DNA of 64,000 bases from Staphylococcus phage vB_SauM-UFV_DC4. The notes under the pieces are model-generated. The model ran no database searches. It was not told where the DNA came from and saw only the letters and a list, made by a program, of their open reading frames with translations. The position numbers were made by a program, and so were the translations under genes. This document shows positions 28,005 to 37,504 of the stretch, one piece after another (position 1 is the first letter of the stretch; every line of letters starts with the position of its first letter). Location: sequence record MZ779063.1; one strand, written 5' to 3'.

Positions 28005-28472
28005 ATGAAAAAAATCTTAAGTATTTTAACAGCGATAGCTTTAATCACAGTTATCGGAGCAGCAGGAGTATTCGGATATAGTAGTTTTAAAGAATTAAAT
28101 AATAGTAAAGATAGTCATAAAGTTGAAACAAGTAAAAAACAAAAAGAATTAGATGATAAAAATAACACTCAACAACAAGAACAAAATACATCAAAAGAAA
28201 ACAACAATATCCAACAACAATCAAATGAAGATAGCCTAACAGAAAATATGGATGAAGAATATAAAAAACAACAGGAAATGTATGAAAGGCAATCAAAAGA
28301 TGAAGCTCCAGAACCGGATTCTATAATTGGCAACCCACCAAAAAATTATGAAACTCCAGAAAAAGATAAAATAACTATAAGTGAGTTAAGAGAAGTTTTA
28401 GGCGATGATATTGATGAAAGTAAAATTGATGAAGCAAAAGCGTCTGGCGAATATATTAATGATGAAGAATAA
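28005..28472 (+). CDS. membrane-anchored Q/N/E-rich protein, paralog 2
   Basis: MKKILSILTAIALITVIGAAGVFGYSSFK. Confidence 0.55.
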   Translation: MKKILSILTAIALITVIGAAGVFGYSSFKELNNSKDSHKVETSKKQKELDDKNNTQQQEQNTSKENNNIQQQSNEDSLTENMDEEYKKQQEMYERQSKDEAPEPDSIIGNPPKNYETPEKDKITISELREVLGDDIDESKIDEAKASGEYINDEE

Positions 28473-28503
28473 AAAATAAATAAAAAGAATAGAGGAAAAT
28501 AAA

Positions 28504-28980
28504 ATGAAAAAATTATTAGTATCATTATCAATCTTAGCAGTAATTGTAGTATTAGTAGCGGCAGGTGTGTTTGGATATTCAAAATATAAAGAAGTAGAAA
28601 TGAAACAACAGAATTTAGAAACACAATTAGAAGAAAAAAATTCCAATGAGCAAACTAATGAAAACGATCAACAACAAGAACAAGCAAATACAAATGAATC
28701 TCAAAATCAAGAAAATAGTTCAACAAAAAACAATAACGACAATAAACAAAAAGTATCTAGAGACAATGTATTTGACTATGCTTTAGCTGCAGTAAATGAA
28801 GTAGGTGACGCTGATTTAATGAAATTCCAAGAACCTTCTTACAGTGATGGTGTATGGACAATTGACACTAATAATAAATCTGGTTCAGGATCTAATACTA
28901 TAAAAGTATACGATGATGGCTGGGTACAGATATATGATGGATCTGGTGAAATAGCTCATGAAACAAAAATAGAACTATAA
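28504..28980 (+). CDS. membrane-anchored protein, paralog 3 (globular C-terminal domain)
   Basis: MKKLLVSLSILAVIVVLVAAGVFGYSKYK; C-terminal part less low-complexity. Confidence 0.55.
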   Translation: MKKLLVSLSILAVIVVLVAAGVFGYSKYKEVEMKQQNLETQLEEKNSNEQTNENDQQQEQANTNESQNQENSSTKNNNDNKQKVSRDNVFDYALAAVNEVGDADLMKFQEPSYSDGVWTIDTNNKSGSGSNTIKVYDDGWVQIYDGSGEIAHETKIEL

Positions 28981-29000
28981 TTATTAAGGAGTGTTGATGA

Positions 29001-29246
29001 ATGATTAAAACAGAAACAAAAAATGAACATTTATTTTTCAAATTTATTTCAGAATTAGGACTAACTAACGTGTATGATAACTTTATTGTAAGTGTTCCTT
29101 CAGGTCCTAAATTCATTAGATTAAATGAATTTGATGAAATAGAAGTATATGAAAAATGTAATGAAAATTTACTGAAAGTAGTCAATATAGATCCTAAATT
29201 TGATGATGTATTTTCGTTATTTTTCAAAATAACGAAAGGAATTTAA
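29001..29246 (+). CDS. hypothetical protein
   Basis: 81 aa; AAGGAGTG SD. Confidence 0.45.
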   Translation: MIKTETKNEHLFFKFISELGLTNVYDNFIVSVPSGPKFIRLNEFDEIEVYEKCNENLLKVVNIDPKFDDVFSLFFKITKGI

Positions 29247-29252
29247 AATATT

Positions 29253-29304
29253 ATAGTCATGAATCTATTTATGTAGATTCATGACTATTAATTATATATT
29301 TTTT
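29253..29304 (+). terminator. rho-independent terminator (atagtcatgaatctat..atgtagattcatgactat)
   Basis: long stem, downstream T-run. Confidence 0.5.
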
Positions 29305-29324
29305 TATAAATATAAGAAAGAGAG

Positions 29325-30026
29325 ATGACATTAATTGTGTATGAAATTTCAATAGCTTTAATGTTTTTAATTGTAATATATTTTTCATTCAATACAATAT
29401 ATAAAACATTAGTAAGTGCGTATAACGAAAAATTAAAAGGAAAGTTCTTTTCCACAACGTTTTTTACATTTAGTTTATTATTTCCAATAATGATTATTGT
29501 ATTTTACAATATAGATGGAATAAATATTAAAATAGAATATGTTTTATTTTATTTCCTGTTGTTAATAATTAACTTTGCATTAAATAAATTTCTTAAAGTT
29601 CATGATATTATAGTATATACGTCATTATTCTATTCTTTATTTATAATGAATTACCATTATGAAATAGCTAATGACTTATATTTTGCTATATTTATTGTAA
29701 TAATCAATTTGATAATTCCATTAATTAAAATTGAATTTCAATTAATTGAAATGGCAATTCAAACTGATGGAGAATATAAAGATATAGATGTAAAAAAGAA
29801 TATAGTAAGACAGAATTTAAAAATAGTTAATTTAAATGATAATAATACACAATTCTCATTAGATGATTTTCTTGAAAGTAAATTTAATAATGATGAAGAA
29901 TCAATAAGTGTCTTCTTAGATGAAATGATTGAAAGAATATATTCTGAAAGAATAAATATAAAATTGTATTGTTATCATATATTAATGGGATTATTAACTA
30001 TATACTTTTTATTATCTCAAATTTAA
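29325..30026 (+). CDS. membrane protein (~5 TM) with soluble C-terminal domain
   Basis: 233 aa, hydrophobic N-terminal two-thirds. Confidence 0.5.
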   Translation: MTLIVYEISIALMFLIVIYFSFNTIYKTLVSAYNEKLKGKFFSTTFFTFSLLFPIMIIVFYNIDGINIKIEYVLFYFLLLIINFALNKFLKVHDIIVYTSLFYSLFIMNYHYEIANDLYFAIFIVIINLIIPLIKIEFQLIEMAIQTDGEYKDIDVKKNIVRQNLKIVNLNDNNTQFSLDDFLESKFNNDEESISVFLDEMIERIYSERINIKLYCYHILMGLLTIYFLLSQI

Positions 30027-30067
30027 ATATATATTATAAAAATGAGTAATATTAATTAATATTACTC
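30025..30067 (+). promoter_or_regulatory. promoter-like motif aaatatatattataaaaatg + hairpin gagtaatattaa..ttaatattactc
   Basis: motif copy. Confidence 0.45.
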
Positions 30068-30091
30068 AAAAAAAATAAAGGAGTTTTTATC

Positions 30092-30622
30092 ATGGAAAAT
30101 AATTATTATGCAGTTGCACAGTTCCAAAATCAAAGAGAGTTTAAAGGAAAAGAGTATATTTATAAAGTGCCAGAATATTTATTAACGAAAGAAAATTCTT
30201 ATTTCCACAAATACGCATTAGTTTCTAATTTAAATTTAAATGAAGTTAATTTAAATGATGATGGAGTTCATAAAGATGATTTAGAAAAATTTGCAAGTTC
30301 AGTTAAAGTTGTTAAAGTATTAAAAATTATGAATGAAGAAGAATTTATACAATCAGAATATGTAAACTCTGCAGAGGATTTAAATCAAAGAATTAATCGA
30401 GAAGGAGAATCTTTTGAATATAAAAATATCGTATCATTCTTCGATAATGAATTAAAAACACATATTGATTATATTTCTGAAAGTAACAGAAAAGAAAAAT
30501 TAGAAAAATTAATGAAAATCAGAATGGAAAAATTAAATAAAGAAAAGGACTTAAAAGAAAGAGTAAGTGAATATAACGATAAAGAATTAGATAAATTATT
30601 TATCGAATATAAAAAATTATAA
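30092..30622 (+). CDS. hypothetical protein
   Basis: 176 aa, AAAGGAG SD. Confidence 0.5.
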   Translation: MENNYYAVAQFQNQREFKGKEYIYKVPEYLLTKENSYFHKYALVSNLNLNEVNLNDDGVHKDDLEKFASSVKVVKVLKIMNEEEFIQSEYVNSAEDLNQRINREGESFEYKNIVSFFDNELKTHIDYISESNRKEKLEKLMKIRMEKLNKEKDLKERVSEYNDKELDKLFIEYKKL

Positions 30623-30630
30623 ATACATTA

Positions 30631-30666
30631 TCCCAATGAGATGAATTATTCTCATTGGGATTATTT
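30631..30666 (+). terminator. rho-independent terminator (tcccaatgaga..tctcattggga)
   Basis: 11-bp stem plus T-rich tail. Confidence 0.5.
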
Positions 30667-30694
30667 AATTACTTAATTAGGAGATGAAAAGGAT

Positions 30695-31525
30695 ATGTAT
30701 AACAATAAAAATTTTATGTCAAGTTTAAATTTAAGTGAAACGAAATTGAGTGAATTTATAAATAAAGAAGATATAAATTCTGATGTGTCTAAGAAAGTGT
30801 ATTATGAGAAAGTTATTGATTTATATATGGATCAAATATTTAATGTAGATAATGAATTCTTAAAAAGTCTAATTGACTTTGATGATTTAAAATATACTAA
30901 AGATGAATTAGATTATATAATATATGAAGAAATGGGAGTAAATAGAAATAATAAAAAAGACTTATCTTTAATTCTTAATAGAGTATATGAATCTTATAAA
31001 GAATCTAAATCAGATAAAAATTATTATTTAATGAAATATTTATTACCGTTTACTCTATATAATGATAGAATTTTTAATAAAAACTTTTATTTACATTTTG
31101 GAGCTAATAGATTTTTTAAAAATGAATTTATAGATGCAATTACTGATACTTTTATGTATATTAGAGATAATAATATAGAATGTGAAGTTATAGAATTATT
31201 ATTTAACGATATACTCACTAAATTATATGTGCACAGTAATGAAGTAGTATCTAGAATTTTAGTTAGAATAGCTAAAAAGGATTCTAGTTTATTATTTACC
31301 AATGATACTATATTTAATATACTATATTCTTTATATTCGCATCAAACTATTAAGAAAATAAAAAGAAATATAAGTATAGAAAGTATCGAAAAAATTATTA
31401 AAATGAATAGATATACTTATATTGAAAGAATTGAAAAAGCTATAGGAAGACAATTATCTTTTTATGATAATCCAAACGGTAAAGAAATAAAGAATATGAT
31501 AAAAGAATTTAAAAATAATAAATAG
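30695..31525 (+). CDS. hypothetical protein
   Basis: 276 aa. Confidence 0.5.
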   Translation: MYNNKNFMSSLNLSETKLSEFINKEDINSDVSKKVYYEKVIDLYMDQIFNVDNEFLKSLIDFDDLKYTKDELDYIIYEEMGVNRNNKKDLSLILNRVYESYKESKSDKNYYLMKYLLPFTLYNDRIFNKNFYLHFGANRFFKNEFIDAITDTFMYIRDNNIECEVIELLFNDILTKLYVHSNEVVSRILVRIAKKDSSLLFTNDTIFNILYSLYSHQTIKKIKRNISIESIEKIIKMNRYTYIERIEKAIGRQLSFYDNPNGKEIKNMIKEFKNNK

Positions 31526-31540
31526 GGAGTTGAAACGGAT

Positions 31541-32038
31541 ATGTTAAAAAATAAAAATATTGAAATTAACCAAGATATTATTAATAATGAATTAATGAAA
31601 ACAAAATATATGGAAGAGGCGATGTTAAAAGTGTTAAATCAAGACCTAGTAATCAATTTAAGATTTTTAAAAGATAATCTACTATCTGGATGGGAATTTG
31701 AAAATAATGTAGCTGAATTTAAAGAAATAGAAAAATTCTATGATCCGTCATTAAAAATAAGACTAATTTTTAAAGTTAATGAAAAAGAAATCAAGTATAC
31801 ACTTAATGAAGATATTCAAGATATGTTAGAGAATTTCATGATTAAGAAAGCTGATGATGAAAGAGCATGTGAGATTATTAAATCTGTTATTGAGTATGAA
31901 TTCTTTAAGAAAGAAAATAAAAAAGATCATGAACTTGATATGAATACAATAGATTTATTAATGGGTAAAGTTAATGAATTAAAAATTAAATACAATATCA
32001 GTAATAAACAAGCTAAGAAATTATATATAGCATTTTAA
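31541..32038 (+). CDS. hypothetical protein
   Basis: 165 aa. Confidence 0.5.
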   Translation: MLKNKNIEINQDIINNELMKTKYMEEAMLKVLNQDLVINLRFLKDNLLSGWEFENNVAEFKEIEKFYDPSLKIRLIFKVNEKEIKYTLNEDIQDMLENFMIKKADDERACEIIKSVIEYEFFKKENKKDHELDMNTIDLLMGKVNELKIKYNISNKQAKKLYIAF

Positions 32039-32063
32039 AATATAACTAAAGAGAGGTAATTTC

Positions 32064-32690
32064 ATGAGAAACACAGTGAATATATTTGATTGGTATATCT
32101 ATAAAAATGGAGAATATACAATGATTCCTTTCTTCTTCAGATTAGCTTCAGGATTATTAATATTAATTGTATTCTCATCTTTAATTGCAATTAATATTAA
32201 ATTATCTTTTATATCATTAATGATAACAATTCCAACATTTTTAATAATTAATCTATTAATTTATTTATATTTTAATAAAAATTGTCTTAGAGAATATGGA
32301 GAAATAAATAAATCTTTTAAAGTGAAAGATAAATATTATTCTTTTTGGTATATTGAATTAAATGAAGATAATGAGGTTTTTAAAGAAGCTTTTAATAATT
32401 TTAAAAATGAACACGAATGGATTATAGAAGAAGAAAATATAAAAAATCTATCAGAAATACTGTCACAAAAATTTTTTATAAAAGACACTAAAATAGTAGA
32501 GACTGTAGCGAGAGAAAAAAGAAAACATTGGAAGAACAATATTGACACTAATAGACTGATAACTTATAGAGAGTTTCTTAAATATAGAAAGAATAAAAAG
32601 AAATTTGAAGAGTCTAAGAAGTTAGAAAAGGAAATAAAAGAGTTTCAAGATTATTACAATTTAAACACTAAAGGAGAAATTAAAAAATGA
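32064..32690 (+). CDS. membrane-anchored protein (2 N-terminal TM)
   Basis: 208 aa; ATGA overlap with next gene. Confidence 0.5.
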   Translation: MRNTVNIFDWYIYKNGEYTMIPFFFRLASGLLILIVFSSLIAINIKLSFISLMITIPTFLIINLLIYLYFNKNCLREYGEINKSFKVKDKYYSFWYIELNEDNEVFKEAFNNFKNEHEWIIEEENIKNLSEILSQKFFIKDTKIVETVAREKRKHWKNNIDTNRLITYREFLKYRKNKKKFEESKKLEKEIKEFQDYYNLNTKGEIKK

Positions 32691-33151
32691 ATACTAAAAT
32701 AATCGCAGCATTTCCGGGTACAGGTAAATCTTACATCAAAAATAATATCTCATTCTTAAAAACATCTGATTCAGATTCAACTAGTTTTTCATGGATAATT
32801 AAAGATGGAGAAAAAGTTAGAAATCCTAAATTTCCAACGAATTATATTAGTTATATTAAGGATCTCTATTATAAAAATGTAATGGATTATATTTTCGTAT
32901 CAACTCATAAAGAAGTTATCCAAGAGTTGATTGATAATAATTTAGAATTTGTAGTAGCTTATCCAAAACGTTCAGATAAAGAATTATATTTAAAGAGATA
33001 CAAAGAAAGAGGTTCAGATAGTAAATTTATTGAGCTTCTTGATAATATGTTTGATAGTTTTATAGATGATATAGAGAATAGAGTTCCTGAAGAAAACAGA
33101 ATTGAACTTAATCATAATGAATATTTAGCTAACGTATTAGATAAAATTTAA
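32687..33151 (+). CDS. small P-loop NTPase / nucleotide-kinase-like protein
   Basis: Walker A AAFPGTGKSY near N-terminus; 154 aa. Confidence 0.5.
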   Translation: MNTKIIAAFPGTGKSYIKNNISFLKTSDSDSTSFSWIIKDGEKVRNPKFPTNYISYIKDLYYKNVMDYIFVSTHKEVIQELIDNNLEFVVAYPKRSDKELYLKRYKERGSDSKFIELLDNMFDSFIDDIENRVPEENRIELNHNEYLANVLDKI

Positions 33152-33168
33152 ATAAGGAGAAATTAAAA

Positions 33169-33627
33169 ATGAGATACTTTAAAGGTATAGTAGCAGGAAA
33201 AGACTTTTTCTTAAAAGCAGATAATGAAGAAAATGCCATTAAGGAATTAGCATCAAAAGAAATTAATTCTATAGGATCTTTTACAATGTTAAGTAATGAA
33301 AAACAGAAATACCTAATAATTTTCTTTAATGAAGATGAAGATAAATTTGTTGTTGGAAATGGATTAGAATCATATATATCATTAGACAGTCTTAAATCTG
33401 AATTAGAATCTAAAGATTTAGAATGTTATTATTTAGATTTAGGTAATACAGATAATATCGAGATAAACGGTATTATAAAAAATCAAGAATACACATTAAC
33501 AGAAATAATAATGGAAAGTATTAAATTAACTATGAATGATTTTTATCAACAAGTTATAAATTCTGTATTAACTGAATTAACTGAAAAAGAATACAAAAAT
33601 TCAATAGTTGTTAAAAATTTTAAATAA
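33169..33627 (+). CDS. KENFK-family protein
   Basis: ends TEKEYKNSIVVKNFK. Confidence 0.55.
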   Translation: MRYFKGIVAGKDFFLKADNEENAIKELASKEINSIGSFTMLSNEKQKYLIIFFNEDEDKFVVGNGLESYISLDSLKSELESKDLECYYLDLGNTDNIEINGIIKNQEYTLTEIIMESIKLTMNDFYQQVINSVLTELTEKEYKNSIVVKNFK

Positions 33628-33646
33628 CTAGGAAGGAATAGAAATA

Positions 33647-34117
33647 ATGAGAAATAAAAAAAGAAGCATAGATAGTTTGATAAATAATAATCTAGAATTA
33701 CCAATTGAGATTACTGAAAATTATATAAATAATTTTATATACAAATCATTAACTGCTATAAATAAGAAAAAAGAAATAAAACCAAATCAAACTTATATAA
33801 TTAATCATAAGAATGAATTATTTAATAAAGCAGATAATTTCATAAATTGTATTTTAGAATTATTAAAAGGTGATGTGGGTACTTTAATAGATAAAAAAGA
33901 TTTAAAGTTAAAAAGAAATGTAAAGAAAGACAATATAAGTAATTGTCTTACAATATATACTATTGTAGAAACTTTAACTTACAATAATTCTATAACAATG
34001 ATGATGGTAAAAAATGTAAATAATACCAATAAGGAAGTAACTGGTGAACTAATATTTGATATTAATATAAGTGATAAATTAGGTAAAGATAATTACAATG
34101 AAAATATTTATATTTAA
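33647..34117 (+). CDS. hypothetical protein
   Basis: 156 aa. Confidence 0.45.
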   Translation: MRNKKRSIDSLINNNLELPIEITENYINNFIYKSLTAINKKKEIKPNQTYIINHKNELFNKADNFINCILELLKGDVGTLIDKKDLKLKRNVKKDNISNCLTIYTIVETLTYNNSITMMMVKNVNNTNKEVTGELIFDINISDKLGKDNYNENIYI

Positions 34118-34127
34118 TTACTATTTA

Positions 34128-34150
34128 AATATATATTATATAAATGAAGT
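34128..34150 (+). promoter_or_regulatory. promoter-like motif aaatatatattatataaatgaag
   Basis: motif copy (no obvious hairpin). Confidence 0.4.
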
Positions 34151-34172
34151 TAATTAAAATACAGGAGATGAA

Positions 34173-34520
34173 TTGGATATGTTAAACGATACTAAAAAAG
34201 TTTTAGACAGAATATATGACAAAATAAATGGTGATTTAATTGTTATTTCAGAGTGTAAAGATCTATTTGATAAGGAATTAAATTACACTTTAACTGAAGG
34301 TAATGAAGAAACAACAAATCTTGATTATTTGGCAGATTCTTTAATTGTAGTTTCTTCAGATATATTTACTTTAAATGAAGTACTTAATATTGATGAAGAA
34401 ACTATTAATAATGAACTATTAGCAGAATTTAAACTAAGCTATAGAATGATACAGAATTTTCATATGAAATTAGAATTAAAAAAATATAAATTAAAAAAGA
34501 TTAAAACCTCGGTTGAATAA
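34173..34520 (+). CDS. hypothetical protein
   Basis: 115 aa. Confidence 0.45.
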   Translation: MDMLNDTKKVLDRIYDKINGDLIVISECKDLFDKELNYTLTEGNEETTNLDYLADSLIVVSSDIFTLNEVLNIDEETINNELLAEFKLSYRMIQNFHMKLELKKYKLKKIKTSVE

Positions 34521-34539
34521 ATATAGGAGATGATTAGGA

Positions 34540-35025
34540 ATGAATTATTTAAAGAATGAAAAAGGGGAGGTCTTTCCAGTCAATGAAGAAGGAATGGAGA
34601 ATATCATATTCTTTCTTCTAGACTACTCACAGAAAAATGATTATAACACAATGAATTTGATTAAAGAGATAAATGATCACGTGATGAAAGGCGAAAATAT
34701 AAGTAATGAATTTATTAATGAAAAAACAAAAGAAACGATATTAACTTTAGGTAAAGTAAAAGGTAATTTAACTAATGAATTAGCTAGAAGTGGTTATATA
34801 GTTAATTTCTCTAGAAATAAAATATCACTATCGATATATGTAAAAAATAATAGTTTTAAATTAGTAAGAATTTCAGATCATAATATTAATAAAAAAATAA
34901 ATAAAAAAGGTGTAATCAGTAATAGATTTGACGGACAATTAGTATGTAAAAATAATCTAGTTAAATCTTCTGATTTGAAAAAGCATGGAATTGATATTAA
35001 TGAAGGAATATATTATTTAGAATAG
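34540..35025 (+). CDS. hypothetical protein
   Basis: 161 aa. Confidence 0.45.
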   Translation: MNYLKNEKGEVFPVNEEGMENIIFFLLDYSQKNDYNTMNLIKEINDHVMKGENISNEFINEKTKETILTLGKVKGNLTNELARSGYIVNFSRNKISLSIYVKNNSFKLVRISDHNINKKINKKGVISNRFDGQLVCKNNLVKSSDLKKHGIDINEGIYYLE

Positions 35026-35026
35026 G

Positions 35027-35320
35027 ATGAAACTATATATGAAAAAGATAATAATGTTTTTAGGTATTTTGTTACTAACAACGGTATTGGTCGGTTGTGG
35101 AGAAAGTGTTGATTCAAAAGATAAAAAAGATTCAATCAAAACAGTAACTATTTATAGTAAAGGCGGTAAAGTATTACATCAATATGAAGGAAAAGTTAGT
35201 GCTGAGAGAGTAACGGATAACAAATTTACTAAAATTGATATAGACGGTAAGAAATTAAGAGTTGTAAATGCAGATGTAGTTATTGAAGAAAAAGGTATTG
35301 AGAAATTTGAAACAAAATAA
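35027..35320 (+). CDS. lipoprotein (lipobox LVGC)
   Basis: MKKIIMFLGILLLTTVLVGCGES. Confidence 0.55.
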   Translation: MKLYMKKIIMFLGILLLTTVLVGCGESVDSKDKKDSIKTVTIYSKGGKVLHQYEGKVSAERVTDNKFTKIDIDGKKLRVVNADVVIEEKGIEKFETK

Positions 35321-35325
35321 AGATT

Positions 35326-35371
35326 AAGTATATATTATAATTATGAAGAAAGATATTATCATATATCTTTC
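35326..35371 (+). promoter_or_regulatory. promoter-like motif aagtatatattataattatgaag + hairpin gaaagatat..atatctttc
   Basis: fourth copy of the cassette seen at 24.3-26.1 kb. Confidence 0.45.
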
Positions 35372-35382
35372 TAATAAAATTA

Positions 35383-35694
35383 ATGGAGGAATTTGTTATG
35401 GCAAAATTAAATGAAGAAGTATTAAGAGACTTTCAAGTAAAAACTGAAATTGATGGAGAATTTGAAGTAATGGAATCTGATGAGCTTGGTGTTGATGAAG
35501 CTTATGAAATTGAATTAATTAAAGAATTGGGATTAGATGTCGATTCAAGTGTATTCTCTTATGCAATATCAGAAAAAGATGATGAAGAAAATACGTATAC
35601 TTTAGAATATAGTCATGAAGGCGTTCTATTAACTATTCATGATATCGATTTTGAAAATGGTATTCATGATACTATTTATAAAAATGTAATTTAA
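35383..35694 (+). CDS. hypothetical acidic protein (MEEFVM.. N-terminus)
   Basis: 103 aa; same SD/leader as small-peptide genes. Confidence 0.45.
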   Translation: MEEFVMAKLNEEVLRDFQVKTEIDGEFEVMESDELGVDEAYEIELIKELGLDVDSSVFSYAISEKDDEENTYTLEYSHEGVLLTIHDIDFENGIHDTIYKNVI

Positions 35695-35704
35695 TGATTT
35701 AAGT

Positions 35705-35753
35705 ATAGCTGATATCTTTAACGGATATCAGCTATATTATTTTTATTTTTTTA
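35705..35753 (+). terminator. rho-independent terminator (atagctgatatc..gatatcagctat + T-run)
   Basis: 12-bp stem followed by ttatttttattttttt. Confidence 0.6.
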
Positions 35754-35777
35754 CTTAAAGGAGATGAAAAGGATAAT

Positions 35778-36389
35778 ATGAATTATTTTGAATTGGAATA
35801 TACAGGTTTAATTAATAATAATAAATTAGATAATCTAGTTCTACACAAACAAGAAAATGAAGAAATTGAATCGGGTGTTTTAAATATGGTTTTATTTAAA
35901 TTGTATCTAAAAGAATTCTATAATGATAATATGGATGATAATGATTTATGTAAGAAACTAAAAATGGAAATAAGAAGTATTCATAGTTATAATAATTCAG
36001 AAATTTATATTAATGAAGACTTTGCTGAAATATATGATGGTATTAATCCGAATAATAATATTAAATCAGGAAAAATAAATAAAGATTATGAATATTTATT
36101 TAAATTTATTAAAGATAATATAAATGAAAAAGATTTAAATAATATACATGTGATTAAATTTACAACATTTGAAATAGAGAAATATAAACCTGTTGTGATT
36201 TTTATAAACTCAGATAAACTTAGAATTAAGACCAATAAATCAATTAGTAGATATACATCAACAAATGAATTTGTATTCTATAATATTTCAAGCGAAAGTT
36301 TATATACATTAATGAAAAATACAAATAGAATAAGAAATATAACGGAAAAAGAATATAAAAAAGAATTAGTTAAAAGGAGTTTTTTATAA
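35778..36389 (+). CDS. KENFK-family protein
   Basis: MNYFELEYTG.. ends TEKEYKKELVKRSFL. Confidence 0.55.
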   Translation: MNYFELEYTGLINNNKLDNLVLHKQENEEIESGVLNMVLFKLYLKEFYNDNMDDNDLCKKLKMEIRSIHSYNNSEIYINEDFAEIYDGINPNNNIKSGKINKDYEYLFKFIKDNINEKDLNNIHVIKFTTFEIEKYKPVVIFINSDKLRIKTNKSISRYTSTNEFVFYNISSESLYTLMKNTNRIRNITEKEYKKELVKRSFL

Positions 36390-36937
36390 TGTATGAAGTT
36401 AATAAAAAATTTAAATATGCTAAAAGAGATAAAGAATTCACATTATTCCACCATAAATCAAAAGAAAAAATAACTGATTCATTTATAATTAATAATTATA
36501 TTTCATATGTATTATATCAATGCTACGAAAGAACACCAGGAAATGCAGAAGTTTGGTTGGAAATTAATGATATAAATAATATAAAAGGTGATTTCTTATT
36601 TAAATTTATGTTTGACAACAGACCTTCTTTTGGTTCTAATTATTTTCCTAAGTGTAAATTAAATATACAAGATAACAGTGATAATAATATTGTAACTATT
36701 GAATTTAGTGATAAATATAAAAGACATAATTTTATTCTAGAAGAAATATCTAAATTTAATAATGTTCATATTAATTTTTATGAAGAAGTATTATTTACTA
36801 ATGAAGATGAAGAATTCAAGTTATTAAAGAATGTATTTAAAACTGATAACATTAAATATTACCAAAATAAAGATTTAATTAGTTATATTTCAGACAAAGA
36901 AGCTAGAAAAATTTTAGTAAAAGAAAACTTTAAATAG
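36389..36937 (+). CDS. KENFK-family protein
   Basis: ends DKEARKILVKENFK; TAATG coupling. Confidence 0.55.
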   Translation: MYEVNKKFKYAKRDKEFTLFHHKSKEKITDSFIINNYISYVLYQCYERTPGNAEVWLEINDINNIKGDFLFKFMFDNRPSFGSNYFPKCKLNIQDNSDNNIVTIEFSDKYKRHNFILEEISKFNNVHINFYEEVLFTNEDEEFKLLKNVFKTDNIKYYQNKDLISYISDKEARKILVKENFK

Positions 36938-36953
36938 AATAGGGGCAAATAAA

Positions 36954-37487
36954 TTGAATAAATATTTTAAATTTAAATTAAATAATAAAAGTGATTACGA
37001 TGTATTTAAATTTTCAGGAAATGAAGAAGAAATAAGCGATTCTAAAATTATAGAGTCTTATTTTGATTATATGTTTAATTATTATATAAATGAAGCAATA
37101 CCTGACTCCAGTATGATTAATATTGCTGTATTTACTGAAGGTAAAAGAAAAAGATTATTGAGATTTACTATAGATAAACCACCAATTTATATAAAAGAGC
37201 CAGTTAGTACTTTATTTATGAATGAAAATGATGAAGATAAACAAATTAATTTTAAAGAATTTAACGAAATTAAAAAATTTATACACGAAAAGATTATGGA
37301 ATTGAATAAAGGTGAATTTTATATTTATATTGATTATAATTTTGATTATTCTTATAGAATAGATTACGATGATGTATTTGATAAAATATTATTTAATAAA
37401 AATAATCTAAATCTTTATTCATCATTTATTAAAGAAACAGATGAAAATGAATATAAAAATTATCTAGTAAGAGAGAATTTTAAATAA
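36954..37487 (+). CDS. KENFK-family protein (TTG start)
   Basis: MNKYFKFKL.. ends ENEYKNYLVRENFK. Confidence 0.55.
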   Translation: MNKYFKFKLNNKSDYDVFKFSGNEEEISDSKIIESYFDYMFNYYINEAIPDSSMINIAVFTEGKRKRLLRFTIDKPPIYIKEPVSTLFMNENDEDKQINFKEFNEIKKFIHEKIMELNKGEFYIYIDYNFDYSYRIDYDDVFDKILFNKNNLNLYSSFIKETDENEYKNYLVRENFK

Positions 37488-37504
37488 GGAAGTGAGACAG
37501 ATAA

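Noticed and set aside
28087-29227. Several minus-strand ORFs (28087-28296, 28346-28624, 28398-28646, 28898-29227) overlapping the membrane-anchored paralog genes
   Set aside because: Low-complexity antisense frames of Q/N/E-rich genes. Hydrophobic and Tyr-rich artefacts.
2028-35371. Possibility that the ATATATTATAA motif is simply a host sigma-A -10 (TATAAT-like)
   Set aside because: No conserved -35 or TG extension accompanies it, whereas bona fide extended -10 promoters of a different, conserved form exist at 581-609 and 17135-17163. I kept it as a distinct phage-specific class, but this remains unproven.
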